DNA of 64,000 nucleotides from Octopus bimaculoides (taxonomy: Eukaryota): contig NC_068981.1 of assembly GCF_001194135.2 (NCBI RefSeq), forward strand, positions 156,776,935-156,840,934. Direction: 5' to 3'. The notes under the pieces are model-generated. The model saw only the letters and a program-made list of their open reading frames with translations. It did not search any database and was not told where the DNA came from. The position numbers were made by a program, and so were the translations under genes. This document shows positions 35,990-49,480 of the stretch, piece after piece. Positions within the stretch are counted from its first letter, which is position 1. Each line of letters opens with the position of its first letter.

Positions 35990-38190
35990 CGACAGGTGGT
36001 AAATGCTAAAGCGACCGCTGGAGTTGTCGCTTGGGTCTCTATGGATATGCATGTCCTGAAGACACCCGAAGACCGCAAAGTGATTCTGCTTTCTTGTTAT
36101 TGAAAGAAAAGCTTGGAGATTGGTGGTGCAAGATGGAAAGTCAGGATACTATCCATTTGCGAGTAAACATCGTTTAAGAGCCTTATGCCCAGAAGCTGAA
36201 AAGAAAGAACAACATTCGTATCGATAGCAGCAGATAAAGGGCTCGCCCTTCTCAGACAAAAGAAAGTATCAGATTGATTCTCACAATGAACTTGGCTGAC
36301 TGCCGTAATCTGTCCTGCACGTGACAACTATTCGACATAATTTCACAAGTTAGAAATGCTCGATACTGAATAAAGGAATCTCTGAAAAGTCTGGCTGACG
36401 ATATTCCTGACTGTAGAATTTATTCTGAACCACTTTTGCTCTCTGCAAGTATTATCGGGTTAAATATCTTAGAAGTTATCCATAATCTCCGAACAGAAAA
36501 TCCGCTGGAATTTGCTTTATAGTTTATCTTTGTTGATGCAGAGATCCTCCCTCGGAATGTTGTTCTAAACCTTATTAGTAATTCTCAATAAATGTGCAAG
36601 AGCTGATTTACCACCAACCGGATTGGTGGTATATATTCACCACCACTGCTCGTCCTTTTAGAAAGAACTTTCAGCAATTTTTGGATGGGAATGGCTTTAC
36701 TCATTATCATATTGCATTTCCTAGCTACCTGGCAGACTTCAAGTATCGTAACAAAATGCACTTTGGCTGCGAGCACGTTCTGAGTTGCATCTCAAATGTC
36801 GAATTATAAGCTCACCGAGTTGCTCTGACTGATGTGTGCTATCTCCCATTCATTCAAGGTGGTGATAACCGTCACCATTATGGTGACATCATCCACGTAG
36901 ACCAGTACAGCCTTCTTGCGTCCAGTTTCCAGTAGAGTGTCCTTTAGTACCGTTACCATCTGCAACAACAATTCAAGACCCATAACGTATAGGAGAGTTG
37001 AACAAGATCTCCCTGACAGGTCTCCATGTGATTTGAAACTGTCAATGGGTGGCCCTTTAGTACTGTCACCAAACACATAATCCAAAAGAATGGGTAATTC
37101 GGTCTTTAACGGAGTTCTAAAAAAGACTTTATTTATGTTTTGTTCTCATTCATGTGAAAAATATTCATTAAAAGTACTGTAGCTGTTCTTTCAAAGAAGT
37201 CTTCTTCCGCTCCTTTCTGAGTATCTTGTTATTTTTTTATAGAATCTGTCAATATGCTGTTGCTTTTTGAGACAACAGTTATGTTGAAGAATTATTCGTC
37301 AGATTACTTGTTCATATAATGTGTTTTTAACCTCTCGTCAATCAGAGTAATCACCGAAAACAGTTCCAGTCATGACCATCCCATCTTTTTTAATTTGAGG
37401 GACTGTATTTTCGACCTATTTTTACTTTTAAAGACGGTTGGATGTGATGTGAGGGAATATTTTATTGCTATTTTTGTTGTTACTAATTTGATTCTTATGA
37501 TGCTTGCGTGCTTTTGTTTTGATGTTGTTGTTACTGTTGCTATTGCAGTTGTTATTATTATGGAAGATAAAGGCAGCAAACTTGCAGAAAAATTCGGGTG
37601 TCGGAAGAAATACTTTGCTATGATTGTTCCAACACTTTTCGTCCAGAGATCAAATTTGACTCTCATCCATCCAGAGTCGATAAAATAAGATACCTGTCAA
37701 CAACTGGAGTTGATGGTATTAACTAACCTTCTTCCCTAAAAATTTCTGGATTTGGTTCTAAATTATAAACAATTATTATGGAGAGTAGTCGCTTTGTAGG
37801 TGCTTGTTTCTTTATCCTCTTCGGTGACTTTCGGTATGCTAACTTTTCGACTTTTGATAATCGATGACGTATTCTGGTAGTTTTCTTCTATTTGACACCG
37901 AATATCTTCTGCCCTCTGGACCCAGCATCGCCGCTTAAAAAGAAGTTGGTGAGAACTAAAACCGCTTCCATGTATGATATGTGTGCCTGTGTTGTCAGGA
38001 AGAGAAATTTCATCCAAGGATGCTAGTGCAGTTGGTTCCTTCTGTTTGTAGAGTTGTGGCTGCGACTACAGTTGTTGCTGCGGTTGTTAGCAGCAAGACA
38101 GTTACCTTCTTTTTGTTTTTCTTCAGAGTAAAAAAAAACAGCTTCATGATCATGTTATATTTGTAACACTGTGGTCTTCTCTCCTCCAGC
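35990..38190 (-). mobile_element. Heavily decayed L1/Tx1-like LINE
   Basis: RT motifs GRSCSTLLYVMGLELLL and LVYVDDVTIMV at 36804-37085. The flanking sequence reads as degraded ORF2. Boundaries are approximate. Confidence 0.55.
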
Positions 38191-40485
38191 ATAACCTGTA
38201 TTTGTCAAACAGTTTTTATGTCGAAGAAATCAAGAACTTTTGTTTCACATCATCGCCAGATAAGATTAATACTTAGAATTCTATCTATTTCACATTCTGT
38301 CGGAAGAAACGTTTAACACTTATCATTTCGACGTTTACCGCCATTGTTTCGCTTTATATACAGTCACCTTTAAATATCGATGTCTAGTTATGGAAATAGT
38401 ACAAATTTCTCATTTGCTCAAGGGATGGTGAGGAGTGTTTATTTATGTCATCTTCAGTAATTCATGCACCACTTACCTTTTTACACACTAGAGACACCCG
38501 CTCCATCATTGCACACATCTACCTGGCATTTTCGGCTTGCATCGAAATCGATACGGGCCGACTTTCCAGACAACAGAGTAATCTAATCGGTTCAATTTTT
38601 TTTTTGTGGACAATTTCACTGACGTCGTTAAAAGCACTAGGAAAGGTATGCATATAATAACTAAACGTTTCTTTACTGCATAATTAGAAGAAAGAAGAGC
38701 AATATTTCCCTTTTGTAATTTGTAACACATTGGGGAAATTCTGTGGATGGGTATATGCAAAACCAAAATATTACAAGTAGGTAATTTCTTGGTTCATTAC
38801 TTGTTATTAGGTACAAAATATTAATGGGGGCATATGCATTATCATATAAGCATATTTCTCAAGATCACAGTAAAACAACATCAAAATAGAATCGAGACTA
38901 TGCACCTGATTATACGGAACTCGCTAATTTAGGTATCTTCTTAAGAATAACAATAGCTGACAGCAAATAGGAATTTAACATGCAAGAAGGGAGTATGCTA
39001 TGCGCTTGCGATTTCACTGTTATTCCATTCACAGACAAATAAATTCGTTTATGTATGGCGTAATAATAATTTAGATCTGACTTCAAACATTTGTCTTTCA
39101 CTGTGCTTTGTTCATTAACGACTTCTCAAGTATATTCAAGTGAAATCTCGCGGGAATTCGAAAGCAGTAATTAAATATGGCTTTTGTAGTCGGATATGCA
39201 ATGAGCAGAGTTGTTATGTTTTGTAGACGCAATTGGGAGATGCAGTGCATAAGCCAGTAGAGAAGCATTAGTGATATAAGTAAATAATATCACCAATATC
39301 GCCAATATAGAAAACTATTAACATTATACAACTGGCGTGTTTTACGAATTTGAAGACCTGTATTCAAACTCACATGAAGCAAATAATTTTTTTGATAAAC
39401 GATGAAATGGTAGAAAAGTTAGAATATCGATGTTTTACGATATGCTCCTGCGTTTTGACTTTTTAGTTGAAATCGTACTGTAGCCTACTTACGAGAGAGA
39501 CTTAACCTGTGACCCAGTTTAACACAACCTTTTCTCTGAGTACATTTAGCGGACTCCGCTCTGCTACAAGAATTCAAAGCAGGTCTTTGTCGTAAGGATA
39601 CCTTCCCCCTTCCTTCTCACCAGCCTAGCAGGCCCTGGAGACAGTCATGTGTGCTATCCTTCCTCCTGACTAAGCAATAAAAATTAAAGATGGCCTTCAA
39701 GGTAAATCTCATCTGCGATAATAATCTAACTTCTTCACTGAATTGCATTCGTTTGTAGACAACTATGCTATGTTTTCGTAAGTCTGCTGAGCAAATGTTG
39801 AATAAACAATAAATTTCTCTTCCTAAACAGCTGCAATCTGTTGCATCTCCTTACTTTAATTTATGCAACCTCTTTAACGATATATTTGCAGAAAGTTCCA
39901 CAGCAAAGTTAGAATCGTTGTTAAAGTAGGTGTGGTGGTAAATTGTGCCTTCTAAATAAGAGAAAGAAAGACGTGTTAGACATGGGTACAAAAGGTTTCT
40001 AAGGAAACTTTTAGCTTCTCAATTTGTGTATTACAGCACATCAATATGTAATTGTACCTAAAACAGTTTTATTTTAAACACTTTACTTGACTCATAAGAA
40101 TCAAACATAGCCATTCCATGAGCCACTCAGTCAGACGTTTAATTTCAATCAATGCTGCTATTTTGTTTCTTTAATAAAGACATTAAACAATTATGATAGC
40201 AATCAATCACATAATTCTTATACATAAAACTAAGTTGGCTGGCTGCAGTACTAAAATCTGATAACTGAATATACAATTTGATTTTGCGTTTCTGTTTGGA
40301 AGTGTTTCACATCTTGTTCGTTAGTTGTCCCGAAATTAAAAGCACTATATCACTTCTCGATTCTATTTCGATACCACCTAAGAAACTATTATACTCAATG
40401 TAATGAATTCTAATTGTTTCAGTTTTACTACTAATAATATTGAGAAATGTATGAGTGACACTACATCTCCTTATCTAGAGGAGCT

Positions 40486-40705
40486 AAGGCGGCTACCAAG
40501 TTGAATCGCTAGAGCATTGGTGAAATTTCTTGCAGTATTTCTTTCGTATCTTAACGTTCTGATTTCAAATCCCGCCGAGACCAACTTTGTCGTTCATCTT
40601 TTTGTGGTCGATAAAATATAGTCCTACTCAAATACTTGGGTCGAAGATATCGATTAATCCTCTCCCACAATAATGTTGGCCTTGTGTCTAAATAGAAACA
40701 ATTAC
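40486..40705 (+). mobile_element. SINE family A copy (diverged)
   Basis: Head, ACGTTCTGATTTCAAATCCCGCCGAG and tail GGCCTTGTGTCT. Confidence 0.7.
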
Positions 40706-41052
40706 CTAGAGGAAGCCTGTATACGGCATAAAAAAATAACACTTACAAAACTAACCCAAACGTAATACCATATTTATCCTTTCAACCACTGATTTCAAAT
40801 TACACTTATACGATCATATCACACCGCCTCAAAACATACACAGCATCTGCTAACATCACGCTCATAACCTCCCACTATTTTTCAGACACAGCTGGACAGC
40901 AAACCTATCACTACATCAGTCACCGAGAAATATAGTTCTAAAATGATAGACAGTTACGAAATCTACTGCCTTCTTTCATACTACCAACACCAGTGAACAC
41001 CAGATACAACCAGCCATCACATTCAGAAATATAAACAAAACGTGCGCGCACG

Positions 41053-41143
<91 letters not shown>

Positions 41144-42850
41144 AGCAATTATACCAGCAGTTATAACACTTCTGCAACATTAACAGGACACATACCTTTC
41201 ATCAAGATTACACATATAAATTGCTAACATAATGAAATAAACATACAAAATTGTAGAACACCTTCAAATGCGCGAGGCACAGTTTGTTTCCACAGCAAGC
41301 TTTATCCTTCATACTCCAGGCAATCCAAATACTAACACATTATCACTAAACGTCCACTGAAAGAATTTCGCATACTCAGCCCTGAGAAACAAAAACATAT
41401 TCACACAGAAATAGCAACTGTAGCAATGTCCTCATTAGTTCCAAAACACTGCGCTGGGGTACACATCACCAATGTTTGTTACAAAGTAACAGTATTTGTT
41501 TTGTTCTGGCCAAATCCACCTTGTCCGCCTCCGCTGAGAGCACTACCTGAATCTATAGACTAACAGAAATAGACAGGATAGTGGAGAGTGTACAATATAT
41601 AAAGGCTGCAACACTGCATCTTATAGTATAATTCATGGCATATAGGGGAGTACAGTAACGTAGAACTGGAACAAAAGATAAGTGGCCTATTCGTTCGATT
41701 AATAATCTGCCTGTCATTGGTGACTCCCGGCTATATAACAATAACAAATTAAAAAGCTCTACGCAGTCTCTCGACCTGCTAGAAATAGCTGCCGAATTTC
41801 CCTGAAAGGATGGACAAATTGGACAATAAAGTGATAGGAATATAAAAACATTAGATTGACATTGCTTAAAGTCATTTGATTGTACTCTTGCTCAATTGGG
41901 ACAGATCTGGAGGTTTAGAAACGACAACGATATATCAAATGCAAGTTCTAAAATCAAAAGACATCAAACGAGATACAGCAAAACGCCAACTGGTGTTGCT
42001 TTTGCTTTATTGTCGTCGTCGTCGTCGTCGTTGTTGTTGTTGTTGTCGTCGTCGTCGGTGGTGGTGAGGTACTGGTACTGGTGCTGGTCGAGTGTCTTTC
42101 TTTTATAAGACAGTAACACATGATATGAAGGAATTCGTCCGCTATTCCTAACAAATTAAGCAAGCTTACATTTTTTTTTTTTTGTATTGTAATCAGTGAA
42201 AATCAGGCGAGCACAGAATCACAGGAAATAAGGTAACCGAAATTGGTATCCGTGAACTAAGTTTTTACTCTTGCTTTTAGCCATTAACGTCACAACTGTA
42301 ATTTCTAATTCTATTAAAATCTTATCCAAATGTTTATTTATTGAAGCCAACGACGAACTATTCTGGAAACTCAATGATATTTATATCTAGAAACCAGTGT
42401 TTTGTTGCTGTTTAGGTCCATGTTAGCTCTAAGTAGAGCTACAGTCAAACGTATACCAACCATAGCTATCCTGTCTTTTCTTTTCATAGGGTATAACTAA
42501 GATTACAATGTCCAATGTAGCATGTTTTTTAAGATGGTTGGGTGTGATTTGAGGGAACATTTTGTCTACTATTCCCATCAGATTTATCAATCGAGTTAAA
42601 GAAATGATGGAATGGAAAGAGTGTTAAATAGGAATGGAAATCCTTTTAGAACCAGGAGCGAATTACAAGTGTATAAGAACTGGATGCAGCGAACGAATCT
42701 TCTAATTTACAAATTCCAAGCTATGCAACATACAGGGCCTACAAAATTGTTTTTATCCATTCAATGACTTTTGCATCTATTACGTCTAATTAAATATGAT
42801 TTTCCCTTCTTTGCAGGTATATGTATGAATTTGATATCAATTGCAATGAG

Positions 42851-43285
42851 GAAGGCGGTGGGCTGACAGAATTGTTAGCACGCCGGGCAAAATGTTTAGC
42901 GGCATTTCGTCCGTCCTTACGTTCTGAGTTCAAATTGTACCAAGGTCGACTTTGCTTTTCATCTTTTCGAAGTCAATAGAATAAGTACCAGTTCAACACT
43001 AAGGTCGGTGTAATCGACTTACCCCTTCCCCAAATTATTGGCTTTATGCCAAAATGTGAGACCAATGTTAATTTAAATGAAGGCAGCGAGCAAGCAGAAC
43101 CGTTAGCACGCCAGAAAAAATGCTTAGTGGCATTTATTCTGTCTTTGCGTTCTGAGTCCAAATTCCATCGAAATCGACTTTACCTTTTACCCTTCCGAGG
43201 TCGATAAAATAAGTAACAGTTGAACACTGGAGTCAATGTAATCGACTTACCCTCTCCCTCGAAATTGCTGGCCTTGTGCAAAAAG
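42851..43285 (+). mobile_element. Tandem pair of family A SINEs
   Basis: Two complete copies at 42851-43062 and 43079-43285 in the same orientation. Confidence 0.8.
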
Positions 43286-43539
43286 TTGACACCACTATTA
43301 ATTGAATTCAATAAAATACAGCAATGAAAACTTGTAGAAATAAAGATATTGCTGAATCGGCACACAAACAAGTCATCAGTTGCTATCAATATGGGAAGTT
43401 TAATCGAGAAATTGCTCAAATTTTCTGTATTAATAATGAAAGTGTTATCCAAATTCAATAGATGAATTGAAGAAGGGTATTACTAAGTGAAGAAGGGATC
43501 TAGGAGGCCACAAATAGTTGAAGAAGGAGTGTTAAGAGG

Positions 43540-44280
43540 GAAGTTATAAAACATCGACTTGCAACTGTTCGCGAGGTTGAAAATTCTATGGATGAGTAGC
43601 AATATTGTATATGAACAGAATTGAAAGGCCTTGGATATGAACGAAGAGTGGCGAGAATGATTTCAAAAGCTACTTAAACTAAAAGGCGCAACTTGGCTAA
43701 AGTGTTCTACAGTAAGGAGAACGAGTTTTTGTCGCCAATAATATGATCTGACCAAAGCAAATCCCGCCAAATTTTCCATTTTAAGGCAAATAGATGTATG
43801 TCATAACAAAACTGAAATATGAGAACGAGATTGTTTATAAGGAAAAGTTAAACATAGAGGATTTAGAGTTATGGTACGAGGGGAAACAATGACTAGAGCT
43901 CGTATTTGTTTTTAAATGCTGCTAAATACTTGGAAAGAACACGTTACTCATCTAATCCAGTGTAGGAATTGATAAGAAAACCAATCTCTTTTCAATGAGA
44001 TTAAGCTTCCATGCTATGCAAGCAAGGCATCACAAACCTAGAAAAGAATTTACGAATAGGAGCTTTGAGCAATCCCTGAAGTGGATTACTCAAAGCCCCG
44101 ATCTTAATCCAATAGAATACTTATGGAAACATCTTTATAGAAGGATGCAAGCAATATTGTCGAAAAATACTTCAACAGAGCTGAAAAAGATATTGACTGA
44201 AGATTGGAGAAACGTGGTTTAGTATGTTACTAATAATATAATTAAACCCATGCCTAATCGAGTGCAAGCCGTGATATTAG
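43540..44280 (+). mobile_element. Tc1-like transposase remnant
   Basis: LKWITQSPDLNPIEYLWKHL..STELKKILTEDW..KPMPNRVQAV. Confidence 0.8.
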
Positions 44281-45359
44281 TACCAACTTCCATTTATTTT
44301 GGATAACTTTTCATGAAGATGTTTAACGTTAGATTAACGTTGCATTTTATTACAGGCCATTGTATATGAAATTACTTGGATCAAAAGACTTAAATCGTTT
44401 TTATGAGATTTTAGAGATTTATCAGGAGTCAGTTTCGAATTTGAAGGCGGGCGAAATTTTGTCAGCATGCAAGGCGCTCTCAACCTTTTATAGGCACTTT
44501 GTGTCAAGCTTGGTATTCCAATACTCTCGGTTCAAATTTTCTCTCCTACCTAGTCCGGATGTTTACTTTTTGCCTTTCCTGTGACGATAAAGTTCCAGTT
44601 TTCCTTTTTGTTGTTGTTTGGCTACAGGCCAGATGTGATAGAACAGATCTGTGATTAAAGACATTCGAGTCATGACCAACACTCGTGATTAAATACATTC
44701 GAGTCGTGACCAACACTCTTTATTCTGGTATCTAGAATGATGAGGATGATTTACTTGCTATTTCTAGCACGTCGGTCAACATCTTAGAAGCTCCCTCGTT
44801 GACTCATGTAAGTGTATTTACTCCACATATGTCCACTTATACATTCTACTGTTTATATATTATGAAAAACAATGTAATTGTTTATATCTTGCTAAAAACA
44901 ATGTATCACTGACAGAAATAATCTAGTTTCTGTGTGAAGTTGGGAAACTTCTAGATGAGTAGGAGTGGTATATCAGAATGTAAATGAATACCAAATATGA
45001 AAGCTGAGTAAAAGAAAATAATAGATTCTGTTTACTTTTACAAAAGCAAGTGACCTAAAATATATACAACAGCAGTCTTAAGCAACTGTACTCAAGTAAT
45101 AGTAAATAGGTACAGGGACTGAATTTAAAATTATAAGGACCCCTATTTCTTTATAAGGACATCAAACCAAATTGTTCTGCAGGTGAGAAGTGAGATTCGC
45201 CTCTTTTTCTGGAGAAGAGGAGATGTAAGGGAAGTGATTTGACTTCGTTGGGTACGTTCCTTCTCGTTAGGAGACATTCGTCCAACAATTAGACATAAAA
45301 AGTAAGAACAACGTAATTCCCCTGTCTAATACCGATGACAAAATCCTTTCTAAAAAGAT

Positions 45360-45590
45360 CATCTGCGTAGTCGCCTGGCTTGGTAGAAACAGCAGCCAAA
45401 CCCCGCTCAAATCGCAACTTATCGTCTTAAATGAAAACATACATTTGATAATGCAGTCCTAGATATCTCTAAAATGACAAGCTGAAAAGGTTTTGATCAC
45501 AGGAATGGCCTTTTCAAACTGGAATGGTCTGAAATAAATGGCCTATTCAGTCAAATCGGACTTGGAGATTAACAACAACAACAACGACAA
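45360..45590 (-). mobile_element. Repeat family E copy (AAC-ended interspersed repeat)
   Basis: Shared motifs CTAGAAACAGCAGCCAA..TCAAATC, TGTCTTAAA, TGATCA(T/C)AGG and AACAACAAC. Related copies at ~34660-34860 (-), 42400-42590 (+), 44610-44802 (+) and 46725-46915 (-). Confidence 0.6.
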
Positions 45591-47827
45591 TACTTAATTA
45601 CTGCACTAGTATTGTCTGAAAATTACACTATTGTCGCTGCTCGACTAACAAAATTCCTACTCAGTAAATTAGCATTTACATGACTGAGTATTCCACGAGC
45701 ATTTATACGCTTAATGCAATTCTCTGATTGAATCAGAGTGACTCAATATAACAAGACTAAACCTTTGAATTACAGGTATAATCCAGAGAGAAAGAAAAAA
45801 GATTTCATATTCCTTCCTCCCTCACTACTGGATAGTACTTAATTTGTAGACCTCCGAAAAAAATGAAAGAAAATCTGATCACCTAGAAGTTGACCTCAGA
45901 ACGTAGAGAGCCGGAACGAATAACACTTGGCTTTCTGTCTGTTATGTAAGACTCCCAGAAAAACTTTTAATAGATTTATTAAGGTAAATTACATTGGTCT
46001 CAAAGCAAAAGAATTCGCGTCGTAGAGTTTATGGACAGTTCTGTGCTTGTTTACAGGTAATACCTTACTTCATGGCCGCCTACAAGCTCCCTTTCTCCCT
46101 CTGGATCTCCGTGTGTAACCATGAGATTTACCCGAGAGTTTAATATTCATTAGATAACATTAATAACGCATAGTTCAAATTTAACAAGTGGTACAATATT
46201 AAACTATAAATAATAAAGAACGATTTTATGGTACAAATCGGTAACTTAATGCTGTTATCACACTATCCGATGCTCGAACGTCTCTATCGAGTCGCCGGTT
46301 CACACTTTTGGTTGGTAATGTTGTTTTAAATACACCTAAAATAGCATGATGGTTACGATTAGAACGCCTCTGATCATAGGTCATCTCGCTCGGGCTGACC
46401 TGCAGCTTAACAACAACTATTTAAAAGGAAGACAACAAAAGGCATCTGACTGAAACCGAATTAGTCAGAACTCCCTGTCATGTGACTGCTGTGTTAGTAA
46501 ATTTGAAGGAAGCTTCTTCAAATACACGTGTACTAGTAGACTATAATAGAATGAAGATATGGGATGTTGTGTTATTCTTGTATCTCCTACTGGATGTTAA
46601 TGACAGAATAAGTAATTCAATTCTAAACTGAAACCGTATCGTACTGATTCAAATGCTGAAAATTATCTGCAATGATTCTCTGCTTATTGCTTTAACTAGA
46701 TTAACCACAAATCAATGAAAGAATTCCGGCGTAGTTGCTCGGCGTTCTAGAAACAGCAGCCAAGTCTACCTCATATCGAAACCTACTGTCTTAAAGAAAG
46801 GATACATTGAACAGTATAGTGCCTTGTGTACATAAAAGACGGGGGGATGGTAACGGTTACAACGTCTTTAATCATAGGTATGTTTGGTGAGAGTTGACCG
46901 GGGTTAAACAACAAGCCCCCATCCCAACCAACTAGTTTATATAGGTACGTAATCTAAATAATATAGGAACTGGACTGCAGAATCGATGGAGCACCAAACA
47001 AAGTAGCTTGTATCATTTGGTTATTTCTTTTATGTTCTGTGTTCAAATCTTACCCGAGTCCACTTTACCTTTCAAGCATATAAACTCAATAAAATTTTGA
47101 TAAGTACTGTGTTGATACAACTGATTATACCGTAGAAGACGGTGCCCAAGTATGGCCACAGTCTAATGGCTGAAAGCAGTAAAGACAAAAACGAAAACAA
47201 AAATGAAAAGAAATATTGTAACGTTCGAGAAAAAGATGAGCAACTGAAGTAGTTTCAGCTAGGATCAGGACCGGAACAGTATCACGGACTCGACAACCTT
47301 CAATCTCGGAATAGTAATTTATTTCCTCTAAGCACAATGGTTTCTTTTTTGTAAGAATTTCGTGTATAATTGATTTATCTTCGACTCCAGAAAATTACTG
47401 GTACTGTCGACTTCAAATGCATGAAAGACAGTCTACCAAGGTGAAAACTGAACGCTGAAATGTGAGACACCAATTATGATGTCATAAAATACCTACTCAA
47501 GTGTTTATCGTTTGTGCCAGATCAATGTTTCAAACGAAAAATGAATGTATCGATAAACCTTTGAAATGGCCTTACACATTTCAGTGTTTAAAGTGACTAA
47601 AGTTAACGACTTTGAATTTATAAACGCTATACAATACGGGCAGTATACTATATTATTATTGTATTATAAATAGATTCCATTAAAGCTTCGTTGATATAAT
47701 ATAGCCTAGATTAGTTATATAGTAACAATACAACACTACTAATACAAGTTATGGAAACATTATCAATACATAAAGTTTGGATCACAAAACAAAGAAAGAT
47801 CAGTAAAAGTATTATACAAATTCTTAC

Positions 47828-48569
47828 CTGAATACGAGTGCTGTGCAGTTTCCACTAAGCTACATGGAGTTGCATATTTTGAAAGTATCTTTTTGCCAGA
47901 ACCATCCGTTAAATGAGAAATTGGTTTGGAAGGTCGTATTTGGAAATTCTTACTCACTTCATCCATATCAAGAACCACAGAAGAAAGTTTGTGATGCAGA
48001 TTATTGTTAATACGTTCCTGACGAAATACTTTCGTTTCCATGGAATGTAATGCTCTAATCAACTGGGTGAGATTAGTTTTTAAAGTGTTCAAACCAGTAT
48101 CGATGTGATCTATTTCCATATCATGTCCCTTTACATTACTTTCGTATAAATTTGCTCGTTCACGCTCCACTTTTTGCATTTCTTGAAGATATTGCAAGCG
48201 CTGGGTCAAGAACGCCAAACGTCTTCTGCAAACACCGCTGCTTTTGTCATTTGTCGTAGATGTCTCTGATGACGTAGCTTCAACATCGAAGAAATAATCC
48301 CCACTCTCCGGATTTATTCCTGGTTCGTTAAAAACTTCATCTTCATCATCTGTCCGTTTATCGGCAAAAGATTTGTTTACATTTGTTTTGTTACTGGGTG
48401 TCAAAATTGGACAAAGGGGTGCGCTGCGACGGTTCACAACGATGGTGTATGAACAGGACTCTGTTCTAATAGTTGTTTGTTTTGTGTAATTTTTAGCTTT
48501 TACTAAGCAGAGGCAGAAAACAAGAAGTGTGATTTGTAATTTCTGGTGAAATATATCTCCAAAAGTCAT
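47828..48569 (-). CDS. First coding exon of an angiopoietin-related (ANGPTL-like) secreted protein: signal peptide, CSYT motif, acidic linker, coiled coil
   Basis: ATG at 48569, with an in-frame TGA upstream at 48602-48600. MTFGDIFHQKLQITLLVFCLCLVKA is signal-peptide-like. ESCSYTIVV resembles the angiopoietin/ANGPTL N-terminal CxYTF motif. Heptad-rich segment LAFLTQRLQYLQEMQ...LHHKLSSV. The exon ends at the donor CAG|GTAAG (plus strand cttacctg, 47823-47830) in phase 1. Confidence 0.88.
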
Positions 48570-49468
48570 ACTTCTCAAATGGAAGGAACTGGCGATAGAT
48601 CAGGAATAAACAGCTTTGAATAAATCTTCGTGTGAAAAAAAAAGAAAAAGAAATTAATTTCAAGGATATTATGTGATGACTGAATTCGTAAATAAATATT
48701 TTTTTTACTTGAAGGTCAAAAATAAACAGAGCCTTAGGTATGGAAATATAGACACTGCAGAAAAATGAAAAACATGAAGGGCGGTGTAAATAATCCAGTA
48801 ATAACGTATGTTTTCAACAGTTGGTGCAAAACAAAATGTATAGAAAACCTCAAGCCAAAAAACGATGTCTAACAGATGTTAATTTTGTGAGAATGCTGCA
48901 TCAGGTTTTCTGGTTCGTTTCATTAATTTTAAGTTAAGCTGTTTACTAGCGCCGACTAATATAAAGCTGTGTTAGGCTAGCTTTTAGTCAGCTGGCCGCC
49001 CTTCAATTTAAATGGGATACACCCACTGTCAAGGTGTTTTGTTTATGTTGAAAAGGTATATCAACTTAAATCTAGATTATATAATTTATTAAACATCATA
49101 ATTACTGAATTCCCTGCATTAGTATCATCATCTCCACCCCCAACTACTAAAAACAACATCATCAGCAGAGGTAGCTGCAGACACTGCAGTAGAAGCAGTT
49201 TCTATTTTGATTGTCAACGCAATTTTTTGTTATTACTTAAAACAGTTATTTTAGAGATGATATTATCGTTTTTCCTGTTATCGCCATACTACTAAGATTA
49301 CAGTCTCACTGTCATCATCACCCTTACTATAATTCCCACTACCATTACTACGATTTCTAACCCCCATCGCCTCTTCCACAATAATAACGAACACAGCATA
49401 CTTTTACAACCTGCCAAATCAAAATCCGGGGTGTATAGTCTATTTAGATTGAAGCGCCTGTCATTTTA

Positions 49469-49480
49469 TTTCGCGCCAAA
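49469..49480. promoter_or_regulatory. E2F-type site TTTCGCGCCAAA
   Basis: Exact 12-mer containing overlapping E2F consensus sites, ~900 bp upstream of the ATG in CpG-poor DNA. Motif match only. Confidence 0.2.

Noticed and set aside
40750-41500. Possible decayed LINE endonuclease region around the (CA)n tract
   Set aside because: The A/C-rich composition is suggestive, but I could not read any diagnostic motif with confidence.
47763-47827. ORF tail GKNLYNTFTDLSLFCDPNFMY and the TTG start at 48578
   Set aside because: The tail lies past a GTAAG donor whose phase matches the FReD exon, so it is intron read-through. The ATG at 48569 is the plausible eukaryotic start.
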